Source of the DNA: a virus
Lineage: Duplodnaviria > Caudoviricetes
Length of the DNA: 56,754 bases
Strand: one strand, 5' to 3'
Virus record (IMG/VR): IMGVR_UViG_3300046656_000441
Coordinates: 1 to 56,754 of that record
The notes under the pieces were generated by a model, which searched no databases, was not told the origin of the DNA, and saw nothing but the letters and a program-made list of their open reading frames with translations. Positions 16,534 through 26,211 of this stretch are shown here, piece after piece; the first letter of the stretch is position 1; the number at the start of each line of letters is the position of its first letter. The position numbers were made by a program, and so were the translations under genes.

Positions 16534-18701
16534 TGGCTGACCCGCGCCCGCTCGTCATCGACACCCTGCGCTACGGCTACGACGACGACACGTCGGCGCA
16601 CGAGCTGCCGGCCGACGCGTGCACGCTCGCACGCAACGTCGAGTTCTGGAACAGCTCGCTGGGTGAGCGCCGCTTCGGCTGCGAGCCGGTGGTGCTGTCC
16701 AGCTCGGGCCTCGACACCGAGACCACCGTGGTCCATGCGGTCGAGTGGTATCCCGATGGGAACCCGCAGCACCCGGAGTGGTTTGTTATCGCCGCGACGC
16801 CTGGGGTGAGCTACAAGATTGCGAAGCGCAGCTATCTGGGTGTGTGGACCGCGGTCACCGCCGCGGATGCCATCGTCACGACCGAGCCGAACATCTATCG
16901 CATCCACAGCGCCAGCGTGAACGGCAAACTGTTCGTCGCCTACCCGAGTGCCGTGGACCGGCTCCATGTGTGGGACGGCACCACGTTCCGTCGCGCCGGC
17001 CTGGGGCAACCCGTGGCCGCGCCGACTGCGGTCACCACCGGGAGCGGCACCTATAGCGGCACGCGGTTCTTCCGCATCCGCTACGTCATCCAGGATGGCG
17101 ACGGCAACGTGCTGGTGCGTGGCGAACCGAGCGACTCCTACACCTTCTATCCGCCCGGGACCGGGGCCGGCGCGCTCATCACGCGCCCCGCGCTGCTGGG
17201 CGAAGGAGAGACCCATTGGGAGGTCGAGGCCAGCGACAACGACACCGACTACTACATGATTGCGACGGTGGTGGCGGCGACGACAACCTACACCGACACC
17301 ATCTCGGGGCCAAACACGATTCCGACGATTCCGACCACCGTGACAGCCCCGGCCGGCTACGTCTTGCTGAGCAACCGCGCCCAAGCCTTGAACATCACGG
17401 GGACGGTGAGCAACGGGACGTATAGCGACGGCACCACGTTCTATGCGCGCGGCTGGGTCATGTATACCAGTGCGGGCGTCTACGTGCCGGCGGCAAGCTG
17501 GAGCGCACACAACCCACCGCTGACGGGCGACGTCACGTTTGCCTCACAGGATGTGGCGACGGTGCTCGAAGGCAGCGTCGGCCAGGGTTCCTCCTACGCC
17601 GACAACGGCGAACTGAGCGAGGACATCGGCACCTATTTGACGCAGCCGAGCGCGGTCTACCTGGCTGCGGTCGATGACCGGCTGGTGCTGGGCTCGAACT
17701 TCGATGACGAGACCCGGATGTCGAGCGTCTACTGGACCCCGGTTCATCGGGACCCGGGTAAGGGGAACGACGAGCGGCTCCCGCTGACCGTCGACAACAA
17801 CCTCGACCTGGACAATGGCGCGGGCGGCGTGCTCACCGGCATCATCCCGGGCATCAACGGCGCCTGGTATGCGCTGAAGTATCAGCGCATTTACAAGATG
17901 AACCCGACGCACAACCTGACGGATGCCTACAAGGCGCTCACCGTCAGCACGAACCGTGGCGCCATCGACGGCAGCACGTTCTCGGGCGTCGACCAGAACG
18001 GCGCGGCGTGCTTCTTCTTTGCGGACCCGCATGTGGGACCGTTCATGGTGGGCGCCGCCGGCATGCTCCAGATGTATGGACTGCTCGTCACCTGGAGGCG
18101 CGTCAACCTCGCCGCCACGAAGATTGTGTGCCGCGGCGTCTACTACCCGCACAAGAAGCAGGCGCACTGGTGGCTTGCGGTCGATGGGGAAAATTCGCCC
18201 AACTTCAAGATTGTCAACCAGGTCAGCGAACTGACGGAAGCTGATGGGGGCTTGAAGCGCGGCTGGTCCCTGTGGGATGGGCGCATCACCGAAGCAATGT
18301 GCGCCTCAGTCATGAGCGAAACCACCACCGAGGACTCGAACACGTTCCTGCGGACCTATCCGTTCATCGGGCTCGACGCAGGCGACTTGCTGCAGCGTTG
18401 CGACACCGATGTCATCACCGACGCCGGGGTGAGCTACGTGGCACGCATCCGCACGCGTCCCTTCATCTCGGCTGGGCTCATCGCTCGCTTCGGGGTGATG
18501 GTGGCGGCGCTGCTCGCCTCCAAGGCGGCAGACACCAGCATCGAGGTGTTCCTCATTCGCGACATGGGGCAGGAGACCACCGCAGGGGTGACCGTCGACT
18601 GCTCGGACCCGGCGACCGTCGAGCAAGTCGTGCGCGACATGGACGACCTGGTGCTGAGTGAGTGCCGCACGGTGCAAGTGGAGTTCGGAGACCCTGACTA
18701 A
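16533..18701 (+). CDS. Tail nozzle/stabilisation protein (tubular B-like)
   Basis: 722 aa beta-rich protein, N-terminal LP.......NVEF...G.RR.G; follows the adaptor. Confidence 0.7.
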   Translation: MADPRPLVIDTLRYGYDDDTSAHELPADACTLARNVEFWNSSLGERRFGCEPVVLSSSGLDTETTVVHAVEWYPDGNPQHPEWFVIAATPGVSYKIAKRSYLGVWTAVTAADAIVTTEPNIYRIHSASVNGKLFVAYPSAVDRLHVWDGTTFRRAGLGQPVAAPTAVTTGSGTYSGTRFFRIRYVIQDGDGNVLVRGEPSDSYTFYPPGTGAGALITRPALLGEGETHWEVEASDNDTDYYMIATVVAATTTYTDTISGPNTIPTIPTTVTAPAGYVLLSNRAQALNITGTVSNGTYSDGTTFYARGWVMYTSAGVYVPAASWSAHNPPLTGDVTFASQDVATVLEGSVGQGSSYADNGELSEDIGTYLTQPSAVYLAAVDDRLVLGSNFDDETRMSSVYWTPVHRDPGKGNDERLPLTVDNNLDLDNGAGGVLTGIIPGINGAWYALKYQRIYKMNPTHNLTDAYKALTVSTNRGAIDGSTFSGVDQNGAACFFFADPHVGPFMVGAAGMLQMYGLLVTWRRVNLAATKIVCRGVYYPHKKQAHWWLAVDGENSPNFKIVNQVSELTEADGGLKRGWSLWDGRITEAMCASVMSETTTEDSNTFLRTYPFIGLDAGDLLQRCDTDVITDAGVSYVARIRTRPFISAGLIARFGVMVAALLASKAADTSIEVFLIRDMGQETTAGVTVDCSDPATVEQVVRDMDDLVLSECRTVQVEFGDPD

Positions 18702-19288
18702 TGTCTGTGATTATGTCGGTCCACATCAGTGGACTGAACACCCAGCTCCAGTTCGACTCGTCAGTCGCGTTGGCCTATGGAACCACCGCGGCGGCGTCGA
18801 CCACGACAGCCACCCACGGGGCATTGAGCTTCGACCGACCGCTCGGGTCCACGCCTCCGCTGGTGTCGTGGTTCTCGCAGCAGCGCATCAGCATCGATGT
18901 GAGCGCGGCGCCCGCGCTGACGCTCCCTGTGGTGCTGAGTGGCGACGGAGCCGGGACCTACTCACTTCCTGTGCCCGAGGCGCAAGCGCTGACCACCGGC
19001 AAGAACACGGCGCTGCCCATCACGCTCACGGTCACCGGAGGCACGACACCGGACGCCACGGCGTATATCACCTCAAGTCCCTCACATGGGGCGCTCACGG
19101 GCACCGCGCCCGCCTTGACGTATACCCCGAGCACCGGCTTCGTGGGTCAGGACTCCTTCACGTTCTACATCGACAACGGCGACGTGAACTCGATTTCGGT
19201 GACCGTGACTATCGATGTGACCGAGCTGCCCGGGCAGTGGCAAGTGAACCGGATTGACTTGCGCATCACTGAAGAGGAATCGCAGTAA
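18701..19288 (+). CDS. Tail-associated protein with Big_9-type Ig-like domain
   Basis: P.HG.LTG..P.LTYTP..GF.G.DSFTF motif. Confidence 0.7.
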   Translation: MSVIMSVHISGLNTQLQFDSSVALAYGTTAAASTTTATHGALSFDRPLGSTPPLVSWFSQQRISIDVSAAPALTLPVVLSGDGAGTYSLPVPEAQALTTGKNTALPITLTVTGGTTPDATAYITSSPSHGALTGTAPALTYTPSTGFVGQDSFTFYIDNGDVNSISVTVTIDVTELPGQWQVNRIDLRITEEESQ

Positions 19289-21864
19289 TGGCGCGCATTA
19301 ACTACTGGAACGGCTCGGCCCAGCTGTTTGAAATCTCCGCACCTACGGGCAGCGGGATGCGCCACCAGGGCATCAATCCCACGAGCGACTTCTTCGTCAA
19401 GTTCGGGGCACTCGCGCGCCGGTCCACGTCCGACGTGGGCACGATGCGTTACAACCCGACCGACGTGACCGCCACGACGGCCAAGAACGAACTGTATGGG
19501 CGCTTCCACTTCAGACCGCTGACGACCCCGGCGTCCTCGGCGCGCATCGTCACGGTTGACTGGACCGGCGGCGCCACACATGATGCGCTGCGCGTCTCAC
19601 TGACCACGAGCAACACGCTGATTTTCGCGGTGTGGAACGGCTCCTCCCACGTGACGGCGTTCACGTCCTCGGCGCTCGTGAATGGCACCGACTATCGCAT
19701 CGAGTATCACTGGAAGTTCGTTGCGGCCGGCTCCACTACGTTCACCCTCGATGTGAAGGTGGACGGGGTCTCGCTCGGCGCGACCAGCACCCAGACCTAC
19801 GCGGGTGTGACCATCGGGAGCAACTCGACGGTGTTCGGTGAGAACGGCGGCGTCGCCTGTTACTACAACATCGCGGAAGTCGGCTTCGATGACGCCGCGT
19901 TCCTGGGCGACACGCGCACCTCGCATGTGCCGCTCTCGGGCGCCGGCAACTACGACCAGTGGACGACGGACGCGAATCGCAGCTATCTCGGGATGTCGGA
20001 CCATCCGATGACCGAGAACAGCGGCACGCCGCCGGGCACCTACGCAACGGCGACCAGTGGGAACATCGTCAGCTGGACGCTCCAGTCGTTCGCCTCGCTG
20101 GGCATCACGGGCAACATCAAGTGCATGAAGGTGCACTGGTATAAGAACAACGGCACCGCGATGCAGGTGCTCGTGCGCCGCAACGGCTCGGACACGCTCT
20201 ACACGCCTGCGGGGCTCTCGGGCAACTTCGACAGCCTGATGCTCGACACCACCGGGTGGGTGTATACCGACACCATCGAGGTGGGCTTCAAGTGCACGGC
20301 CGCGGCCACGCAGCGTGTTGCGAGCTGCGGGGTGTATATCGAGCACGACACCGCGGACCCGGGCGCGCCCACCGGCAACATGAAGGTGCTCTCGGGCACC
20401 TATAGCGGAACCGGACTCCCCCAGGCTATCAGCTTTGGCGACTCCGACGTCACGCTGCTCCAGCCCGACTTCATCAGCTTCGTGCGCACCGACCTGAACG
20501 CACAGATGACTTGGTGGTGGGATTCAAAGAACGCCACGCGTAAGAATCACAACTCGGACGACTCGCAAACGTTCGTGATTCCGGTGGCCGGGGGCTTCCA
20601 GATTAACGGACCCCAGGCATCGGTGAACACCGCGGGCGGCACCTACAGCTACGTGGCGTTCTTCGACCCGAACAATCGCGGCTCGGAGCGCGGCGGCTGG
20701 GCGGCTGAGACAGTTGTCGACAACCTGGATGTGTCGATGCGCAACACCTCGTTTGCCATCGAGTCGATGATTGCCGAACACGAGATGTTCAACGCCACAC
20801 TCAAGTCGAACACCTACTTCCGGGGTCCCGGAATGTCGGGCGACCAGAGCGATGCGCTGAACCTCGGCACCGTTAGCTTCAAGGCCGATGGTGTGCAGAG
20901 CATCGGCACCGGCACGTTCCAAGCGGGCACCACGCTCAACTACACGCAGCCAGGGTCAAACTACATCGCGTTCCGCACGACCCAGTTCGGCTCGAAGAAA
21001 CTGTTCGACACCGATACGTTCACCGGCAACGGCGGCGGCGCGCGCACCATTACCGTGGACCTGGGTGGGCTCACGCCATCGTTCGTGCTGCTCGCGACCA
21101 ACCAGGCGGTTGGCCGTCTCATCTGGCAGGGCGGCGTCTGCAAGAACATCAGCACCGGAGGCATCACCGCGGCCGGTGTGACCGCGGTTGGTGTCAACAG
21201 TTTCACGGTGGCCTCTGCGTATAACACAAACACCGCGATTTACTCGTTCCTGGTGTTCGCGAACGGGCTGGACCTCGACCCGGGGACCTTTGGGGTGACC
21301 CTGGTGACCGCGGCGAGCGGCCCCATTGTGGGCGGCGACTCGGTCACCGTCACGGGCGTGGGCTTCGAGTCGGGCGGGACCTTCAGCTTCGGGGGGAGCG
21401 CGCCCACCTCGGTCAACATCCTGAGCAGCACCTCGGCCACGATGGTGACGCCGGCTCACAGTGTCGGCCCGGTGGTGGTGACCTATACGTCACCGCTGTC
21501 GATTGTCGGGAGCCTGACGGGGACGTTCACCTATCTCAACCCGACCATCACGCTCATCGACCCGAACAGCGGGCCGATTGCCGGCGGGACCGCGTTCACC
21601 ATCACCGGGACCGTGTTCGAAGTTGGCGTGCTCGTCTACTTCGACGGCGTGCTGGCGACGTCTATTGTGCGCGTGAGCGACACGACCATCACTGGCGTAA
21701 CCCCGGCACATGCGGTAGGATTGGTAGACGTCCTGGTGCTCAACCCTGACACCACCAGCGTGACCGCGAGCGGCGGCTTCCAGTATGTGGCGCCGCACAG
21801 CTCAGTCGGTCAGTGGCGCGTGTTCCGGTTTGACATGCGCCCGGCGTCGGAGGCTTCCCAGTGA
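19288..21864 (+). CDS. Tail fibre/receptor-binding protein with two IPT/TIG domains
   Basis: S/T/G-rich; two SGP..GG...T.TG..F...TPAH..G.V repeats. Confidence 0.75.
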   Translation: MARINYWNGSAQLFEISAPTGSGMRHQGINPTSDFFVKFGALARRSTSDVGTMRYNPTDVTATTAKNELYGRFHFRPLTTPASSARIVTVDWTGGATHDALRVSLTTSNTLIFAVWNGSSHVTAFTSSALVNGTDYRIEYHWKFVAAGSTTFTLDVKVDGVSLGATSTQTYAGVTIGSNSTVFGENGGVACYYNIAEVGFDDAAFLGDTRTSHVPLSGAGNYDQWTTDANRSYLGMSDHPMTENSGTPPGTYATATSGNIVSWTLQSFASLGITGNIKCMKVHWYKNNGTAMQVLVRRNGSDTLYTPAGLSGNFDSLMLDTTGWVYTDTIEVGFKCTAAATQRVASCGVYIEHDTADPGAPTGNMKVLSGTYSGTGLPQAISFGDSDVTLLQPDFISFVRTDLNAQMTWWWDSKNATRKNHNSDDSQTFVIPVAGGFQINGPQASVNTAGGTYSYVAFFDPNNRGSERGGWAAETVVDNLDVSMRNTSFAIESMIAEHEMFNATLKSNTYFRGPGMSGDQSDALNLGTVSFKADGVQSIGTGTFQAGTTLNYTQPGSNYIAFRTTQFGSKKLFDTDTFTGNGGGARTITVDLGGLTPSFVLLATNQAVGRLIWQGGVCKNISTGGITAAGVTAVGVNSFTVASAYNTNTAIYSFLVFANGLDLDPGTFGVTLVTAASGPIVGGDSVTVTGVGFESGGTFSFGGSAPTSVNILSSTSATMVTPAHSVGPVVVTYTSPLSIVGSLTGTFTYLNPTITLIDPNSGPIAGGTAFTITGTVFEVGVLVYFDGVLATSIVRVSDTTITGVTPAHAVGLVDVLVLNPDTTSVTASGGFQYVAPHSSVGQWRVFRFDMRPASEASQ

Positions 21865-23606
21865 TTTCTCTCCGTAAGTTCCTCGGCGGCTCATGGGAAA
21901 CCGTGCGCGACTACCTCCAGAGCGACCTGGAGGCCATCGAGACGAGCTTCAACACCCTGGTGGCGAACTCGTTCAACGACGACGGGACCATTGCCCCGAG
22001 CGCCTTCCCCGGGGAGTCCGACGCCGCCACGCGCTACATCGCGAACACCGGCACCAACCACGCCCCGAAGTGGGACCAGGTCGAGCTGAGCAACGGTGTC
22101 AAGGGTCGACTGCCCTTTGCAAATCTCGTGCCAGCGTCACGCGGAGGCGTCCTGGTGGGGCGCCAGAACAACATCCGGGGCGATTTTGGCGAGATTTACC
22201 TCGGAGCAGGTTTGCGCATGTCGGGCAACGTGCTGGAGGCAGTTCCGGCGCCGCCGGCAGCGTCCCCCGAAGAGAACTTCGCGACCGGGGGGATTCCTGG
22301 GCCGATGGGTCCGCAGGGGCCAGCGGGACCGATGGGACCCCCGGGACGGGATGGGATGGACGGTGGCGGCGGCGACTGGTCCATGTCGAGCGTCAGCTCG
22401 GAGGGGAACATCTTCACCCCGGGCAGCGTTATCTTTGCCGGCGCCAGTGGCATCCTCGCCCAGGACAACGCGGGCCTCTTCTGGGACGACACGAACAACA
22501 TACTGACGGTGGCCTCGGCGTCGGCGCTCGCCGCAGTCGAGACCGATGGCCTGGTGCTGTCCAATGCGACCGCGGCGACCGGTGGGGTGCTCGTCCAGAT
22601 GCCGCCGCGCCTCAAGTTCGCCGGGTCCGCGTGGAACGGCGCGACTGCCGACGCGATGACGGCATACCTGGAATGGTTGCCCCAGTCGGGCACCACGCGC
22701 GGCCAAATCAAGTTCGGCGTGCAGCGCAACGGCGCCTCGACCACCTATCCGGTTATCATCGACTCCAACCCCACCTCGGGTGCGGCCATTCTGACGCTGT
22801 CCTCGCCGGGCGCGTTTCGTGGCGGCGACGGCAGTGCAGCTTCTCCCGTGTTCGGCTTCGTCAACAGTGGCGGTGGGAGCGCCATCGGCTTCTGGACGCC
22901 GGCCGCGAACGACATGGACCTGGTGTGCGGCGGGGCCAACCAGATTCTCTGGGGCGCCTCGCTCTGGCGCAACAGCGCAAACCTGCTGATGGGCTGGTCA
23001 AGCAACGCCGACCCGAACAATGCAGTGGCGGATACGGCGTTCATTCGCCAGGCCGCAGCGAAAATCAAGTTCTACAACAAGCCCGAGACGACACCGGACG
23101 CCGGCTTCACGCTCGACTTCTCGGTGGACTCTGTGGCTCGCTTCCGCGACCGTGCGGACTCCACCGATGTGGTCGTCAAGGGCGCCGGCTACGCGTTCCC
23201 CGGGACCCAGATTGCCTCGGCCGATGCCAACACCCTGGATGACTACGAGGAAGGCACCTGGACGCCATCCGATGGGAGCGGCGCCGCATTGAGCTTCGCC
23301 GGGGTGAACGCCACCTATGTGAAAGTCGGCCAGGCGGTGCACGTGAGTTTCCAGTTCACGTTCCCGGCCACGGCCAGCGGCGCCGCGATTGTCATCGCCG
23401 GGCTCCCGTTCGCCGTCGAGAACTCGGGCGTCAGCGACTGGGGCGGCGCCTTCACCTACACCACACTGGCGCAAAGCAACACGCTACTCGCGGTCAACAA
23501 CTCGACCACATTCGCCGTTTTCACCAACGCTGGCGTCGGCGTCACGAATGCCGCTTACACCGGCCAGGTGTTCAACGGCTTCCTCGTTTACCGCGCCGCA
23601 GCCTAG
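21861..23606 (+). CDS. Tail fibre protein with a short collagen-like segment
   Basis: GPMGPQGPAGPMGPPGRDG; C-terminal ANTLDDYEEGTWTP fibre motif. Confidence 0.8.
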   Translation: MISLRKFLGGSWETVRDYLQSDLEAIETSFNTLVANSFNDDGTIAPSAFPGESDAATRYIANTGTNHAPKWDQVELSNGVKGRLPFANLVPASRGGVLVGRQNNIRGDFGEIYLGAGLRMSGNVLEAVPAPPAASPEENFATGGIPGPMGPQGPAGPMGPPGRDGMDGGGGDWSMSSVSSEGNIFTPGSVIFAGASGILAQDNAGLFWDDTNNILTVASASALAAVETDGLVLSNATAATGGVLVQMPPRLKFAGSAWNGATADAMTAYLEWLPQSGTTRGQIKFGVQRNGASTTYPVIIDSNPTSGAAILTLSSPGAFRGGDGSAASPVFGFVNSGGGSAIGFWTPAANDMDLVCGGANQILWGASLWRNSANLLMGWSSNADPNNAVADTAFIRQAAAKIKFYNKPETTPDAGFTLDFSVDSVARFRDRADSTDVVVKGAGYAFPGTQIASADANTLDDYEEGTWTPSDGSGAALSFAGVNATYVKVGQAVHVSFQFTFPATASGAAIVIAGLPFAVENSGVSDWGGAFTYTTLAQSNTLLAVNNSTTFAVFTNAGVGVTNAAYTGQVFNGFLVYRAAA

Positions 23607-23614
23607 AGGAGCAC

Positions 23615-23869
23615 ATGGCACTTAGCAAGCGACAGGAGTTCGGGAAAATCGAGGTGCTGCCAGACGGGCAAATCCAGCTCCGCGAGGACCGTGTTATCGA
23701 GGAGGACGGCGTCGAGGTAGCTCGAACCTATCGGCGCTCGGTGCTCGAACCCTCGGCCACGCTTCCGACCATCGACCCTCGGGTGCGCGCTATCGCCAAC
23801 GCCATCTGGACGCCGACCGTAGTCGCCGCCTATCTCGCCAAGAAGGCAGAGCCCATTCAGCTTCCGTAG
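23615..23869 (+). CDS. Tail-fibre-associated small protein (putative chaperone)
   Basis: KIEV...G.IQ.R....IEEDG.E..R...R; WT..V.AAY; family typically follows LDDYEEG fibres. Confidence 0.65.
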   Translation: MALSKRQEFGKIEVLPDGQIQLREDRVIEEDGVEVARTYRRSVLEPSATLPTIDPRVRAIANAIWTPTVVAAYLAKKAEPIQLP

Positions 23870-23876
23870 GGGACAC

Positions 23877-24041
23877 ATGACACTCGAACAGCTCATCGAG
23901 GACATCAAACAGCTGACCGCGCAGCGCGACCAGCTCATTGGGCAGACGAACCAAATCATCGGTGCGCTCCGCTACGCCCAGGGGCTCAGGGAGCAGATGG
24001 AGCACCCCGCGGACGTTGCAAAAACCGAGCCAACCACGTAA
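23877..24041 (+). CDS. Small coiled-coil protein (MTLEQLIEDIKQL...)
   Basis: 54-aa ORF not in the track; heptad pattern; GGGGA RBS. Confidence 0.55.
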   Translation: MTLEQLIEDIKQLTAQRDQLIGQTNQIIGALRYAQGLREQMEHPADVAKTEPTT

Positions 24042-24062
24042 ACTATCCGGTAGGAGTCAGGA

Positions 24063-24416
24063 ATGCCGTCAACACCGAAACGCATCGCCGGCCCCGCATT
24101 CATTGCGGCGTCCGCGACCAACATCTACACGCCTCCGGCGTCGACCATTCTGACGCTGATTCGTGGTATCCACGTCACCAACAAGGACACGGTTCCCCGG
24201 ACGTTCACCCTGTATGTGGGCGCCACGGGCGGCTCCGCCTCCGGCACCGAGCTGATTGCCTCGAAGGTGCTCCAGGCGGGCGAGAGCTACGACTGGTATG
24301 CGCCGGCCAGCGGGCTCCTGATGAAGTCGACCGACTTCTTGACGGGCATCGCGTCGAGCGCCTCGACGTGTGTCATCACCGTGATGGGCGAGACCTACAC
24401 CGACATCTCGGCGTAG
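24063..24416 (+). CDS. Small beta-sandwich virion protein (putative)
   Basis: AGGAG RBS; IYT.P.....I..I.VTN pattern. Confidence 0.65.
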   Translation: MPSTPKRIAGPAFIAASATNIYTPPASTILTLIRGIHVTNKDTVPRTFTLYVGATGGSASGTELIASKVLQAGESYDWYAPASGLLMKSTDFLTGIASSASTCVITVMGETYTDISA

Positions 24417-24474
24417 CGTCATTATTTTGACACCGGGACCCAGTGGGGCTATCATAGCTCTGCTGGGTCCCCGG
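24416..24474 (+). promoter_or_regulatory. sigma70 promoter with operator-like palindrome and hairpin
   Basis: TTGACA 24427-N17-TATCAT 24450; GCGTCATTATTTTGACAC at 24416-24433; inverted repeat GGGACCCAG..GCTAT/ATAGC..CTGGGTCCC centred on the -10. Confidence 0.8.
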
Positions 24475-24578
24475 GGTTCTTGGTGACGTGCGACGCATGA
24501 GCGCAGCCCACCCCCGCTGACCCGGCTTCAACCCCGCCTGGTGGCGCGTAAGCCCCACCCAAACAAGGACTTACAGCC

Positions 24579-24854
24579 ATGATGTTCGACCCGGCCAGCC
24601 TCGGCCAAGCTCTCCAACCCGGCGACAAGATGAGCGTGACCTTCTCGAAGGGTCAGCCCAAGGTGCCCGGCGGTTCCTTCATGGACAACGCGACCCAGGC
24701 AGGTATGATTCCCGGGGCCTCCGGCCCCGCTGGCGCGCCTCCCGCGCCGATGGCTCCCCCTGCCCCTCCGGCGCCGATGGGCGCTCCTGGGGCCGGCGTA
24801 GACCCCGCGATGAAGGCTCAGATGATGCAAGCGCTGATGGCGCGCGGACAGTAA
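24579..24854 (+). CDS. Small Pro/Met-rich protein
   Basis: AAGGA RBS; first gene after the promoter. Confidence 0.55.
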   Translation: MMFDPASLGQALQPGDKMSVTFSKGQPKVPGGSFMDNATQAGMIPGASGPAGAPPAPMAPPAPPAPMGAPGAGVDPAMKAQMMQALMARGQ

Positions 24855-24855
24855 C

Positions 24856-25998
24856 ATGGCCGACCAGACCACCGACCCGTGGGCGACGCAGGACAACTAC
24901 CCGAACGGGGCTCCTGCCGGTAGCCCCACGACGGAGCCCGTGCCCCCGACCAGCACGACCCAGGTCCAACCGACCAAGGCAGCGCTGCCAACCCCGACCG
25001 GGACCCTGGCGCGGCCCTCGACCGACCCGTGGTATATCGATGCGCAGAAGGACCCGAACAACCCCGACTTCTACCAGGGGCGCAAGTCCCAGCTGGACGA
25101 CTGGGTGAACTGGGTCAAGGGCTCGCAGTTCTCGAACGGCACCGACGACGGACGTGGCACGGGTTTTGCAGGGGGCGCGGCCCAATACCGCAACCCACAG
25201 GGGCTCCAGGCGCTCGCGGACGCCTACAACGCGTCGCACCCCGGCCAGAACGCCAAGCCGGTGTTCGACAGCGCGAACGACAAAATCGACTTCGGCTTCG
25301 GCCCGGTGGACGTCATCACCGCGGGCGGGCAGTATTGGTATGACAACGGCAATTCGGCGCTCGGGCCGTTGGCACAGCAGGGCAGCGGTGGCGGAGCCGG
25401 TGGTGGCAGCGCAGCCGGCGGCTCCGGCGGCGCGACGGGTAGCATCCCTGGCGGTCAGCTCGGCTACCAGGACCCGAGGATGCAGCAGCTCTACAACGAG
25501 CTGGTGGCTCGCTCGAACCAGTCGCTGAACGTCGACCCGAACGACCCGATTATCAAGGCGCAGGTCGACGCGTTCCGCAACGCGCAGACGCGTGGACAGC
25601 GCGCCAACCTGGCGGCGCTCGCGGAGCAGGCTGGCCCGAACTCGAATCAGACGGCCGAAACCCGCCATGCGGGCGAAGTCGTCGGACAGCAGACCGCCGG
25701 CATGCAAGCCGAGCTGATGGGCCGCGAGGTCGATGCTCGACGCAAGGAAATCGCGGACGCGCTCAACGGTCGCTTCGGGGTGCTCTCGGCGGCTCAACAG
25801 GCGCAGCTGCACCGCGAGGACGAGCTGCTGCAGAGCCGGTCCCTGGACATCCAGTCGCAGCTCGGCAACCGTGGCTACGACGTGCAGAGCCAGCTGGGCA
25901 ACCGCAACGCGGACATCAGCGCGAACGCGAACGACAACGCCGCGGCGCAGAACGCGTGGCAGAATCAATACGACATTCTGTTCGGGAAGGGCTACTAA
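24856..25998 (+). CDS. Putative internal virion/ejection protein
   Basis: Gly/Gln/Ala-rich with helical C-terminus; position after tail genes. Confidence 0.55.
   Translation: MADQTTDPWATQDNYPNGAPAGSPTTEPVPPTSTTQVQPTKAALPTPTGTLARPSTDPWYIDAQKDPNNPDFYQGRKSQLDDWVNWVKGSQFSNGTDDGRGTGFAGGAAQYRNPQGLQALADAYNASHPGQNAKPVFDSANDKIDFGFGPVDVITAGGQYWYDNGNSALGPLAQQGSGGGAGGGSAAGGSGGATGSIPGGQLGYQDPRMQQLYNELVARSNQSLNVDPNDPIIKAQVDAFRNAQTRGQRANLAALAEQAGPNSNQTAETRHAGEVVGQQTAGMQAELMGREVDARRKEIADALNGRFGVLSAAQQAQLHREDELLQSRSLDIQSQLGNRGYDVQSQLGNRNADISANANDNAAAQNAWQNQYDILFGKGY
25155..25170 (+). promoter_or_regulatory. Intragenic sigma54-type element TGGCACGGGTTTTGCA
   Basis: Consensus match, encoded with atypical codons (GGT TTT GCA). 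Confidence 0.6.
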
Positions 25999-26211
25999 GT
26001 GGGCCGCTGGCGTGGATTCCTGGATTCGCTCGACTCAGACGGTGGGCACATGCTCGTGCTCGTCGCATTGATGGGGTTCGGCATCGTGATGTATCGCGAC
26101 ATCCCGATGGCTGGTGAATCGGTGCTCATGGGCTCCTTCGCGGCGCTCCTGATGAAACTCAAGGATGCCGGTTCGAATCGTGAGCAGATGGACCCGAAGG
26201 ACAAGTCGTAA
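25999..26211 (+). CDS. Small two-TM membrane protein (holin candidate)
   Basis: Two hydrophobic helices and a charged C-terminus. Confidence 0.45.
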   Translation: MGRWRGFLDSLDSDGGHMLVLVALMGFGIVMYRDIPMAGESVLMGSFAALLMKLKDAGSNREQMDPKDKS

